Source of the DNA: Planctomycetota bacterium
GTDB taxonomy: Bacteria; Planctomycetota; Planctomycetia; Pirellulales; UBA1268
Assembly: GCA_014238855.1 (NCBI GenBank)
Contig: JABAAH010000001.1
Span: forward strand, 49,886-113,885
Length of the DNA stretch: 64,000 nt
Direction of reading: 5' to 3'
Shown: piece after piece, positions 41,146 to 50,829 of the stretch
Numbering within the stretch: the first letter of the stretch is position 1
Layout of the letters: each line of letters begins with the position of its first letter
The notes under the pieces: model-generated
The model's database searches: none
The model's input: only the letters and a program-made list of their open reading frames with translations
What the model was told of the DNA's origin: nothing
Made by a program: the position numbers and the translations under genes

Positions 41146-42285
41146 CTAGCGACTCGCTACTAACTGTTGAAAAAGCTTCCACCGGGCCTGCATCTCTTCG
41201 ATGCTGTCGCCCCCAAATTTGTCTACAAGTGCGGCTGCTATTGAAAACGCGACCACATTTTCAACAATGACACTGCATGCACTGACTGCACAGACATCAC
41301 TCCGCTCATATGCAGCCGACTCCGGCTCCTTAGTCCTCAGGTTCACTGAATCAAGTGGCTTTCGCAGTGTGCTTATTGGCTTCATCGCTGCACGAATGAC
41401 AAGCGGCTGGCCATTGGTAATTCCAGCCTCAAGACCGCCGGCGTTGTTGGTCGGACGAACAAACCCAAGCGTTGGGCCCGACCGGGCACTCTCTTCGTAA
41501 TGGATTGGGTCGTGAACTTCTGAGCCCGGGCGTCTTGCAGCCTCGAATCCCATTCCAATCTCAACACCTTTAATAGCCTGTATCGCCATGACAGCTTGTG
41601 CCAGCTGACCATCGAGTTTGCGATCCCATTGAGCATGAGTTCCAAGGCCCATCGGCAGTCCATCTACTCGCACCTCGACGACTCCGCCAAGAGTATCTCC
41701 CTCTTTACCAATCCTGTCGATAAGATTCTTAATTTCATCATCCTGCTCCGGATGAAGCGAGTAAACCTCACTCGAGTTACGAATTTTTCGCAACTCCGGA
41801 AGATCGCCATCTCGGCCACCGAGAACGGTGCCTCCCAACTCAGTCACCCAGCCTGCAACTTCTATTCCAAACAGCGTGAGTAATTGCCGTGCAAGCGCAC
41901 CAGCTGCTACGCGAACTGCCGTCTCACGAGCACTTGCCCGCTCTAGCACAGCGCGGACTCCTCCAAGATGTTTTATTGCACCAGGCAGATCGGCATGCCC
42001 GGGCCTAGGACGTTCAATATCGTCCATCCGCTCAATCTTGGCATCACGATTTATTACTTGCAACGTCAACGGACTACCGAGTGTTTTCCCCCTCCAAAGG
42101 CCAGACAAGAAGGTCACAGTATCCGTTTCTATGCGTTGACGTCCGCCGCGGCCGTAACCACCCTGACGCCGTTGTAACTCACTGTCAATAACATCACTAT
42201 CAACAGGGAGTCCCGCCGGAAAACCATCTACCAAGGCAGTTAGTGCCGGCCCATGGGATTCGCCAGCAGTCCAATATCGAAGCAT
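41146..42285 (-). CDS. aroC: Chorismate synthase
   Basis: The start is chosen at ATG 42285 (MLRYWTAGESHGPAL). RRQGGYGRGGRQ and GRSSARETA-like motifs are present. Confidence 0.95.
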   Translation of the reverse strand: MLRYWTAGESHGPALTALVDGFPAGLPVDSDVIDSELQRRQGGYGRGGRQRIETDTVTFLSGLWRGKTLGSPLTLQVINRDAKIERMDDIERPRPGHADLPGAIKHLGGVRAVLERASARETAVRVAAGALARQLLTLFGIEVAGWVTELGGTVLGGRDGDLPELRKIRNSSEVYSLHPEQDDEIKNLIDRIGKEGDTLGGVVEVRVDGLPMGLGTHAQWDRKLDGQLAQAVMAIQAIKGVEIGMGFEAARRPGSEVHDPIHYEESARSGPTLGFVRPTNNAGGLEAGITNGQPLVIRAAMKPISTLRKPLDSVNLRTKEPESAAYERSDVCAVSACSVIVENVVAFSIAAALVDKFGGDSIEEMQARWKLFQQLVASR

Positions 42286-42418
42286 GAGAAAATCTATAAT
42301 CTGAGAGGTGTAAAAAACAGAGTGCGCAACACAACATTCCGACAAGGAGAACTCAAGACTGTGCCGTTCTTATAGTCTAATCATCAGGTCCTTTTGACCA
42401 TAGAGTGTCACCTGGCCT

Positions 42419-43339
42419 CTAACAAGGCAGACTCCCTGTAAGTCTTTGGCAGACGTCGAGATACTTTTGCCGCGTACCGTCGACTATTTCTGGCGGTAGA
42501 GGAGGGGGGGGACTCGTTCGATTCCAGTCACAAGAGGCCAGCCAATCACGAACGAATTGCTTATCAAAGGACTCTGGGACCATTCCCTTTCCCACTGACC
42601 CAGACGGCCAGAACCGAGAACTGTCTGGTGTAAGCACCTCATCAACTAGCATCATTTGGCCGTTTTCATCATAGCCCCACTCAAATTTTGTATCAGCAAG
42701 AATAATGCCCTGCCTTGCCGCCACAGTTGAGGCCTTCTCGTACACTGCAATGCTTTGCTCACGCAACTCTGACGCGAGAGATTCACCGAGAGATTTCGCC
42801 ATGGTTTCAAAAGAAACATTCTCATCGTGCCCCTCAATTGCTTTAGTAGCGGGAGTAAAGATCGAGCAGGGTAGCCTATCACCTGCACGCAATTTGGTTG
42901 GGAGAGAAATACCACAGACAGTACCCGACTTCTGGTACTCAAAAAGACCCGACCCAGCAAGCCAACCGCGTACGACACATTCAAATGGAATCACATCAGC
43001 TTTTTTTACAAGCATTGAACGATCACGGAGCAGTTCTAAATCAACCGTTGAAGGAAGCCCCATCTCATCAACATTTGTCGTCACAAGATGATGTGAAACA
43101 GACTGATGTTCTGACAACCAGTCAAACCAAAATTTTGAAACAGCCGTCAAGATCTTACCTTTATCAGGTATTGGTGTCGGCAAAACCCAGTCGAAAGCAC
43201 TCACTCGATCTGTACTCACGATGAGCATGTGAGGTTTGTCTTGCAACTGCAACTGGTAACAGTCTCGGACTTTGCCACGAACCGGTGTTCCGATAGGCAA
43301 ATTAGTTTCTGTAACGGCAGAATGATTCGACGACATCAT
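42419..43339 (-). CDS. purC: Phosphoribosylaminoimidazole-succinocarboxamide synthase
   Basis: GKVRDCYQL...LIVSTDRVSAFD...ILADTKFEWG... is the long-form SAICAR synthetase pattern. Confidence 0.93.
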   Translation of the reverse strand: MMSSNHSAVTETNLPIGTPVRGKVRDCYQLQLQDKPHMLIVSTDRVSAFDWVLPTPIPDKGKILTAVSKFWFDWLSEHQSVSHHLVTTNVDEMGLPSTVDLELLRDRSMLVKKADVIPFECVVRGWLAGSGLFEYQKSGTVCGISLPTKLRAGDRLPCSIFTPATKAIEGHDENVSFETMAKSLGESLASELREQSIAVYEKASTVAARQGIILADTKFEWGYDENGQMMLVDEVLTPDSSRFWPSGSVGKGMVPESFDKQFVRDWLASCDWNRTSPPPPLPPEIVDGTRQKYLDVCQRLTGSLPC

Positions 43340-43442
43340 AGCCCGCTTTTTCTTTTATGAGACGCAACATCCGAGAGGCTATGACAATAACAAAACAATC
43401 ACCAAAAACGCCAAGGATGATTAAAAACACCTGATTGACATC

Positions 43443-46400
43443 CTAACAAAAATCTCGTGACATTCGTGGCAAACCGACGAGTGAAGACTCATCAGTATTG
43501 CTTTCATCCCAGACTGCCAGCCGTTCTGCTAAGAGATGCACCACTTCACCGCGTCGCTGAACTTGACCCTCAATCGTCAATACCGAAGCACGCCTATCTT
43601 GAGAATCACATAACTGCCAGACGGTTTTGGGAACAACAGCGTTCATGACACCTGTTTCATCTTCGAGTGTTACAAAAATTATTCCCTTTGCTGTTGCTGG
43701 ACGCTGACGTGACAAAACCACCCCTACGACTGTGACTCTACTACCTTCCGGCTGAGCACAGGCAATAGCAATCGTCACAATGCCGCACTGTACAAAATGT
43801 GAACGGATGAACTGCAGAGGATGAGCTACGAGAGACAGTCCTGATGTCCGATAATCTGACAGCACATCCTCAAGAGGTGAAGTTGTCGGTAGATCTACTA
43901 TTTCAGCAGAACCACTTTTCATTTCATTCAGACCAAGACAACCACCTGCTTCAAATAATGGCATACTCCCGGGCTCAGGATTACGCTCCATTGAGTCCCA
44001 TATTGCCTGTCTTCGATCTCCAGCGAGGCTCTTTAGAGCTCCGGCGCGTGCTAACGAAAGAAGCTGACTTTGTGTTGCATGACATCGCCTCGTAAAATCT
44101 TGAACACTCATGAATAGACCTGACTTTCTAGCCTGATCAATCCGCGAACCGATTGTTTCACCAAGTCCGTGAACTTGCTCGAAGCCAAGCCGAAGGGCAG
44201 GCAAGGATTTTCCAGAAGTCTCAAGCGTTGCATGCCATTCGCTACTCTGAACACAAACAGGTAAGACGGTCACTCCATGCTCTTGTGCATCACGAACAAG
44301 CTGGGATGGAGCATAAAACCCCATTGGCTGACTGCCTAACAGCGACGCTGTGAACGCCGCTGGATAATGCGCTTTGAGCCAAGCAGATACATAAACCAAC
44401 AATGCAAAGCTAGCAGCATGTGATTCTGGAAATCCATATTCACCAAAACCTTTCAGCTGCTGAAAGACTTGCTCTGCAAAAGTTGAGGAGAGACCCCGCG
44501 ACACCATTCCATCTACGAGACGTTGATGGAATCCATGAATTACCCCTGTTCGCCGCCAAGCCCCCATTGCTCGTCGCAGTTGATCAGCTTCGCCTGGGGT
44601 AAAGCCGGCAGCCACCACTGCAAGTCGCATCGCCTGCTCTTGAAACAGTGGTACACCAAGTGTTTTTTCAAGCACTTCTCGAATTTCCTGGCTTGGGTAG
44701 CAAACAGTTTCTTCTCCCTGACGTCGCCGAAGATATGGGTGCACCATATTTCCTTGTATTGGGCCTGGACGAACAATTGCTACCTCTATGACAAGGTCAT
44801 AGAAACAGGCTGGCTTTAGACGTGGCAGCATACTTCGCTGTGCACGACTCTCGATTTGAAATACTCCTACCGTATCTGCCTTAGAAATCATCTCGTATAC
44901 AGATGGGTCTTCAGCAGGCACTGTCGCAAGGGTCAGACGCGGACCACCAACTTGCTTGACAAGATCAAACGCACGATGAATAGCAGAAAGCATTCCTAAC
45001 GCAAGGCAGTCAACCTTTAGTATCCCGATTTCATCGAGATCGTTTTTATCCCACTGAATGACCGTACGGTTATCCATACTGGCTTGCTGAATCGGCACTA
45101 ATTCACAGAGATCACCTCGCGTCATGACCATACCACCCACATGCTGCCCAAGATGACGTGGGAAACCAATCAATTGATTCACAATCATCACGAGTCGTTG
45201 ACCTGATCCACTACGCGGATTCACGCCAGACTCTGTTAATCTTTCAGGCAATTGTTCTGCACTATCACCTACGTCAAGAATTCGTGCTAACTGATTCATT
45301 CGATCAAGTGAAAATCCGAGCACCTTGGCTACATCCCGAACAGCTGATCGCAACCGGTAACAGATCACTTCGGCAGTCATTGCCGAACGCATACGGCCAT
45401 AGGTTGCATATATATATTGCAACACCTCTTCTCGCCGATGATGCTCGAAGTCAATATCAATGTCAGGAGCCTCTTGCCGTTCACGACTCACAAACCGTTC
45501 AAAAAGAACATTCATTCGAGCAGGATCGACTGATGTAATACCGAGGCAATAACAGATAGCAGAATTTGCTGCAGAGCCTCGCCCTTGGCATAGAATGCCT
45601 CGTTGGCGAGCGAAACGAACTAAATCAAAAACGGTAAGAAAATACGCTTCATAACCGAGTTCATGAACAAGAGATAGTTCGTGCTCTAAAAGACCGGCTA
45701 CTTTTTCAGGGACTCTATTTAGATATCGCTTTCGAGCCCCTTTCCACGTCAAGTCGCTCAGATAGTCTTTTGGTGTCCGACCAGGTGGCACAACTGCATG
45801 GGGATACTCGTAATGCAATTCATCAAGTGAAAATGTACAGTGACTGGCAATCTCGAGCGTACGGTCTATAGCATCTGGCAGCATAGGAAAACGTTTGACA
45901 ATCTGATCCACACATTGCATGTGACGCTCACCATTCGACAGTAACTCTCCTTGAATCGAATCAATTGTCCTACCATGCCGAACTGCAGTAAGAACATCAT
46001 GCAGTGGCTGGCGTTCACGACAGTGATAGCGAACATCACCAGCTGCTACCAACGGCACATGAGTTTGATGAGAAAGTCTTGCATAGTTTTCGAAACGCTC
46101 TTGGTCGTCTCCTTCCATTGCAACTTCTGCCAATCCATACAATTTCTTACCAAGCCTGTCCTGCCATTCACGAATAGAAACTGCTGCTGATTCGACAGAG
46201 CCAAGCAAGCGAGCCAATGGAAGACCTGCAAGCAGACCTTCTGCATGGGTAGCCACCTCATCAGCAGTGAGAAGACACCGAGGACCATGGTTTTGTAATC
46301 CGCTCTCATTACTTCCACCGTATTCACGTGAACAACCTTGTTTCAAAAACCCTGTAGTCAACAACCTACATAGATTTGCGTACCCCTTCTTGTTTTTTAC

Positions 46401-46670
46401 CCAGAGAACAAGGGGGGCAGCGTCTATAGGCTCTACAAAAGCACCTATTATCAGATGGACTCCTGCTTCTTTAGCTGTGGCATGTGCTCGCACGACTCCT
46501 GACAGACTTGCTCGATCAGTTATCGCAATCGCTGCATATCCTAAGGCAGCCGCCTGCACGACCAGTTCTTCTGGATGTGACCCTCCTTGCAAAAATGAAA
46601 AGTTTGTTGTGCAGTGAAGTTCTGCATAGCGACCACTACGAACCTGCATGGGATTGCCTCTGTCTCTCAA
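43443..46670 (-). CDS. dnaE2: Error-prone DNA polymerase III alpha paralogue DnaE2 (ImuC)
   Basis: 1075 aa. PHP domain (YAELHCTTNFSFLQGGSHPEEL), a Pol III alpha core and an OB fold. It is the last gene of an imuA-imuB-dnaE2 arrangement. Confidence 0.93.
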   Translation of the reverse strand: MRDRGNPMQVRSGRYAELHCTTNFSFLQGGSHPEELVVQAAALGYAAIAITDRASLSGVVRAHATAKEAGVHLIIGAFVEPIDAAPLVLWVKNKKGYANLCRLLTTGFLKQGCSREYGGSNESGLQNHGPRCLLTADEVATHAEGLLAGLPLARLLGSVESAAVSIREWQDRLGKKLYGLAEVAMEGDDQERFENYARLSHQTHVPLVAAGDVRYHCRERQPLHDVLTAVRHGRTIDSIQGELLSNGERHMQCVDQIVKRFPMLPDAIDRTLEIASHCTFSLDELHYEYPHAVVPPGRTPKDYLSDLTWKGARKRYLNRVPEKVAGLLEHELSLVHELGYEAYFLTVFDLVRFARQRGILCQGRGSAANSAICYCLGITSVDPARMNVLFERFVSRERQEAPDIDIDFEHHRREEVLQYIYATYGRMRSAMTAEVICYRLRSAVRDVAKVLGFSLDRMNQLARILDVGDSAEQLPERLTESGVNPRSGSGQRLVMIVNQLIGFPRHLGQHVGGMVMTRGDLCELVPIQQASMDNRTVIQWDKNDLDEIGILKVDCLALGMLSAIHRAFDLVKQVGGPRLTLATVPAEDPSVYEMISKADTVGVFQIESRAQRSMLPRLKPACFYDLVIEVAIVRPGPIQGNMVHPYLRRRQGEETVCYPSQEIREVLEKTLGVPLFQEQAMRLAVVAAGFTPGEADQLRRAMGAWRRTGVIHGFHQRLVDGMVSRGLSSTFAEQVFQQLKGFGEYGFPESHAASFALLVYVSAWLKAHYPAAFTASLLGSQPMGFYAPSQLVRDAQEHGVTVLPVCVQSSEWHATLETSGKSLPALRLGFEQVHGLGETIGSRIDQARKSGLFMSVQDFTRRCHATQSQLLSLARAGALKSLAGDRRQAIWDSMERNPEPGSMPLFEAGGCLGLNEMKSGSAEIVDLPTTSPLEDVLSDYRTSGLSLVAHPLQFIRSHFVQCGIVTIAIACAQPEGSRVTVVGVVLSRQRPATAKGIIFVTLEDETGVMNAVVPKTVWQLCDSQDRRASVLTIEGQVQRRGEVVHLLAERLAVWDESNTDESSLVGLPRMSRDFC

Positions 46671-46723
46671 TCAATACCTTGTACGGTCAACCTCAAAGCG
46701 ACACACGGACCACTGCATTCACG

Positions 46724-48517
46724 TTATCCATATGTTCCATGAAGAAACCATGCTCGCTTTTGAAGACCACGAAACATCCAGAATCGTCCTCCACGGTTTG
46801 TCTCAAAGATGTAATAGTCTCGCCGCACAGTTGGGCCACGCCACCAAGCTGTTTCAATTCGCTCTGGTCCACGAGTACGCATCACTACATGAATCTGACC
46901 TTTCCAAAAAAAACGCACCGGGAGTCCATGGACACCGAACGAAGACACCTCAAGCAAACGAGGACGGGCAAGCAAAAAAGTTGGACGACTAGGCCCCACG
47001 ACAGACTTTGAAATCTGTGTTTTCTTTGACTCGAGCAAATGAACTGAACGACACGAACCCGCAGTACCCATCACATGAACGACTGGTGCTGCAACCCAAG
47101 ATACTTCTGGCTGGATATCAGACAACAACCGTGGTTCAACAACTGCACCACTTCCTAATCGACTTGTTAAACGATTTAGAAGTATCTCGAACTGCGACAT
47201 ATCTGATTGTGCTGGACCACGAAAAAGCGTTTGTTGTCGGCAGGGCAGGGCGCCTGCTGACAATACTTCTATCGACACTCCAGTAATTTCTCTCGGAAAA
47301 TGAGTTCTCTCGAATCGCAGCATTACAAGATCTACCAAATGACTCGCTTTTGCTGTTGGCTTATAAAGACCGACCTCAAAGACCGTTGAGCCCGGAACTC
47401 CATTTGTGTCTAGCCTTACTTGTAAATTACTTACTCCCTGATTCGTAACAACGAGCGGACGAAGGCATTGATGAACCAGACTTTCGATTAATTGACGAAA
47501 ATACTTGCCGTCAAGATCACGACCAAGAACTGGCATTTCAAATGAATGGGTCGCTCCCAAAAGATCACTCTCTTGCAATGGTGTGAGCGGGTCTGACACG
47601 TCACCGAGAAAACAAGAAATCTGCAAGGGAACAACCGATCCAAAACGCTCCTGAAGACTTACTCTCGGCAAACGTAACAATTGACCTATTAACTCAACAC
47701 CAACTTCCGCCAACGAATTAATTACATCAACTGGCAACCGTAGTGACATGATTGGCATCGAACCAAGAAATTGCTGCTGCTGGCCGGGAGGCACAAGAAC
47801 CCACCGCCGCTGACGACTCAACCAATGACCATGAGGTGAACTACGGGGGCCTTTCTTTTTCGGACAAGTAGATCCGCGAGTACTTCTGCTTATTCTTTCA
47901 CAAAAATCACCCGATGGTTGCTGACTCTTTGTAGCAATCCGACCAGCACAAAGAGCAGCCGCCCAAGAGGCTGCTGGAGTATCAGCAATGGCTGCCCGAG
48001 CATGTATTCCACGAGCTGCTAATACCCAGACCACCATACGGACAAGTGACAGCTCACCACCAAAAAATCGAGCTGTATCAGAAACATCAATCTGTAAACT
48101 ACTCGCAGAATGAGTGCTCTGTTTTTTCACCTTCCCAGGAATAACATCCGGACCAATCGCAACCACTGGAGAAAATCGATGACACCAACGACCCAATGTC
48201 TCAAGCACACGAATATCTCCAACACTATCTTCATGAAGAATACGTGCGATACGAGAAGCCCGCTCACCGTAAACTGAAGTGAGTACTGCCAACGCTTCTG
48301 ATAAAGAAAAACCCGGCTGAATAACCGGCTGAATTCCTCGACGCTTCTCAGGTGGCATAACCCAAGCCCAGGACACTACCGACAGAACACCACGGGCATT
48401 CTGTCGACAAACAAAAATGGGGAATTCTCTGAACCCTGGCTGCTGAAGTAATTGCCGCTGCACAGGCCAACGAGGCAGTACTATTGTCATGATACGCGAC
48501 GTACTTTTTCCTGACAT
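46724..48517 (-). CDS. imuB: ImuB, Y-family polymerase-like accessory protein
   Basis: It sits between the imuA-like gene and dnaE2. The N-terminus (MTIVLPRWPVQRQL...) resembles the Y-family palm without obvious catalytic acidic residues. At 597 aa it is longer than usual. Confidence 0.8.
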   Translation of the reverse strand: MSGKSTSRIMTIVLPRWPVQRQLLQQPGFREFPIFVCRQNARGVLSVVSWAWVMPPEKRRGIQPVIQPGFSLSEALAVLTSVYGERASRIARILHEDSVGDIRVLETLGRWCHRFSPVVAIGPDVIPGKVKKQSTHSASSLQIDVSDTARFFGGELSLVRMVVWVLAARGIHARAAIADTPAASWAAALCAGRIATKSQQPSGDFCERISRSTRGSTCPKKKGPRSSPHGHWLSRQRRWVLVPPGQQQQFLGSMPIMSLRLPVDVINSLAEVGVELIGQLLRLPRVSLQERFGSVVPLQISCFLGDVSDPLTPLQESDLLGATHSFEMPVLGRDLDGKYFRQLIESLVHQCLRPLVVTNQGVSNLQVRLDTNGVPGSTVFEVGLYKPTAKASHLVDLVMLRFERTHFPREITGVSIEVLSAGALPCRQQTLFRGPAQSDMSQFEILLNRLTSRLGSGAVVEPRLLSDIQPEVSWVAAPVVHVMGTAGSCRSVHLLESKKTQISKSVVGPSRPTFLLARPRLLEVSSFGVHGLPVRFFWKGQIHVVMRTRGPERIETAWWRGPTVRRDYYIFETNRGGRFWMFRGLQKRAWFLHGTYG

Positions 48518-49479
48518 TTCGACTGCTCCGTGGTCTCGTAAAAATTCATATGCGTCTCGTGAAAACCTACGTGCTCTTTACCACTGGTAAGATCAAGAAC
48601 ACACTCTACCGAGGGCTCGGATACAGCAACCATTGCATCCCATTGACCGCTAACTTGCATTAACGTGAATGCCCGAGAATGAATCCAATGACCTGATGTT
48701 GGTTGACGCATTGCTGGATCAATATTTCCACAAGATGCTGCATGCTGATATCTATTCTGAAGAGAATGAGATAATCCCACCTGAATTCGCGATTCTGCCC
48801 ATGTTGGCTCACGACGTGCATCAGATGGTCGTACAAACAAACCTACAGCACCACTCGATTTTGCAGCCAGCTGCCACCGACGCATTGCTATAGATGAAAC
48901 GCGTGCTGGCCACCCAACTACTGCTGCAATACTTGGACAACGCAACAACTGATCAATTGCCCAAAACTCATCAGCTTCATTCGCAGGGTACACAATATAA
49001 AGCAGATGTTCTTCTCTGCTGTTCACTGTATTTTTTTTACTCACGCGACTACGAACACTCGAAGAACTTTGAGGCAAAATAGATTGTGTAGATTCCAACC
49101 ACGGCATAATCGATGGTGGATAAAAACTTCTTGCACGATCTACAAGCACCACAGGACGACGTTCAGATAATTCATTTGCCGCCTGCAAATGGACAGCAAC
49201 GGCCAAAGCTAAAGTTGTTGCCCCAGAAGCCGATGCCACACCATCACCATCCGCCTCAAGCCATTCCATGAGGGTGCCTAATCGCACCCCTTTATGCCTC
49301 AAGAGACGATCAAGTGAAGGCAGCCCACTGCTTACAACTGTCGACCTGAATTCCTCATCAATATATTTTGGCAATGAAGAAGAACCTGAAACTATGCGAG
49401 AAAGCTGCTGCAAATATGCACGACCGCCCGCCTGATCAAGCTTCGAAAACAGTGGATATGTGGGAATATTTTTTGTCAC
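48487..49479 (-). CDS. imuA: ImuA-like (RecA/SulA-fold) SOS mutagenesis protein
   Basis: It is the first gene of the cassette and overlaps imuB by 31 nt. VSSGLPSLDRLLRHKGVRLGTLMEWLEADGDG resembles the ImuA/RecA-like loop region. At 330 aa it is longer than typical ImuA. Confidence 0.7.
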   Translation of the reverse strand: MTKNIPTYPLFSKLDQAGGRAYLQQLSRIVSGSSSLPKYIDEEFRSTVVSSGLPSLDRLLRHKGVRLGTLMEWLEADGDGVASASGATTLALAVAVHLQAANELSERRPVVLVDRARSFYPPSIMPWLESTQSILPQSSSSVRSRVSKKNTVNSREEHLLYIVYPANEADEFWAIDQLLRCPSIAAVVGWPARVSSIAMRRWQLAAKSSGAVGLFVRPSDARREPTWAESRIQVGLSHSLQNRYQHAASCGNIDPAMRQPTSGHWIHSRAFTLMQVSGQWDAMVAVSEPSVECVLDLTSGKEHVGFHETHMNFYETTEQSKCQEKVRRVS

Positions 49480-49525
49480 AACAGAAGACCAAAGAAAAAT
49501 GTAGTGTACCCCTGTACAGTACTTG

Positions 49526-49540
49526 TTCTCCGAGTGTTCG
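49526..49540. promoter_or_regulatory. Candidate LexA-type operator, GTTC-N7-GTTC direct repeat
   Basis: GTTCtccgagtGTTC lies 47-61 nt upstream of the imuA ATG, in the divergent intergenic region. It has the same architecture as the alphaproteobacterial SOS box. Assigning it to LexA in this lineage is an inference. Confidence 0.35.
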
Positions 49541-49644
49541 TCAAGACTTTAATTCATCATAAATTTACTATTCGTATAATAAATAATTCGTCCCCGAGCT
49601 CCACCACACGACCTCTACCATAAGACCAACCACGCCCATCTCTC

Positions 49645-50784
49645 ATGCAACACAAACACCGACTTTGTCTCCCTCTTTTACGTGTTCCCTCAATGAGACT
49701 TCTTAGCCTCATTCTCACCGGATACATCCCACTTTTTTTTGCCCTCACCTGCAACAAACTACCTGCTCAAGACTTCACCACCTTTCAACGGAATGACTCA
49801 CCGGCTGTTCGTAAAGCGCTGGGTGTCACACCAAAACATTACCGTCAACTTGAGCCATCACTCTATTACCTCTCACAGCGATATGCTGAGAACCTAAAAC
49901 CCCTTTCTCTACAAGAACGACATACTCGACTCGTAACCCTTGCACAATTTATTGATTCGAAGAGGAATGCCGTTACGGACAATCCCGTTATTGGGCCTGG
50001 CTGCAATTTGATCGGATTACTTGATCCTGACCATGGACTTGATCCAAAAGAAATTCTATCACTTGCCAAAGCCTACGGTTGCACGTCGATCATTTTCAAA
50101 AAGACTGATCCTTCAGAGACTCTGGAAACTGTTGGGGACAAATTCCTCCAGTCGGTTGCAAAAGCCGTCCAATCAAGAGACATCCCAACGACCGTCATTG
50201 TCTTAGGGCATGGTCTCCCGACAGAAATCCAGAGCTACCACATACCAGTTGACCGACTTGCAAAAACAATTCTTACAGCTGCTATACAAGCTGATAGTGA
50301 TTCTTCAATTATTAACCTAAGTCACCTTACAATAATTTGTGACGATTGTTACAGCGCTGACTTCATGATCAACCTCGCTACGATGCTAACCACTTCCTGC
50401 AGCGAACAATCTCTTGTTCTAGAACAACTGCCAACACTTATTGCTGGCACGAATCGAGACTGCGTTGGTCACGCCGACGTTGGGAAAAAGTTCGTACCCC
50501 ACTTCTGGCGCGACGTTATTGAATTGTTCTATATTCGACAGCCTCACCCAACAGCAATAACTCTGGGAGACTTTTTTGAAAAAGTTGACAATATGATGTT
50601 TGGCTACGGAAGAAGCCCAATCATTCAGGGGTCTCATGTTGTCGGATACAGACTCACGAATCCAGAAATGATCCAAGACCCAGTTGTATTCATCCCCTTG
50701 AATGATGCTGATCTCAAGGCACTCAGAGAAGCACTTGGTATGAAGAAAGAGGATATGTTGGACCTCTTTTTAGACATAGGGTAA
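49645..50784 (+). CDS. Secreted hypothetical protein, possible clan-CD (caspase/legumain/CHAT-like) cysteine peptidase fold
   Basis: Signal-like N-terminus. Hydrophobic strand + His (TTVIVLGHG), then about 60 aa later hydrophobic strand + Cys (LTIICDDCYSADF), which is the His/Cys dyad spacing typical of clan CD. The CDS is confident. The function is not. Confidence 0.6.
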   Translation: MQHKHRLCLPLLRVPSMRLLSLILTGYIPLFFALTCNKLPAQDFTTFQRNDSPAVRKALGVTPKHYRQLEPSLYYLSQRYAENLKPLSLQERHTRLVTLAQFIDSKRNAVTDNPVIGPGCNLIGLLDPDHGLDPKEILSLAKAYGCTSIIFKKTDPSETLETVGDKFLQSVAKAVQSRDIPTTVIVLGHGLPTEIQSYHIPVDRLAKTILTAAIQADSDSSIINLSHLTIICDDCYSADFMINLATMLTTSCSEQSLVLEQLPTLIAGTNRDCVGHADVGKKFVPHFWRDVIELFYIRQPHPTAITLGDFFEKVDNMMFGYGRSPIIQGSHVVGYRLTNPEMIQDPVVFIPLNDADLKALREALGMKKEDMLDLFLDIG

Positions 50785-50829
50785 ACACCCTCTGCCTCAC
50801 TCTTCTCGACAAATCATATGCTTGCTTTT

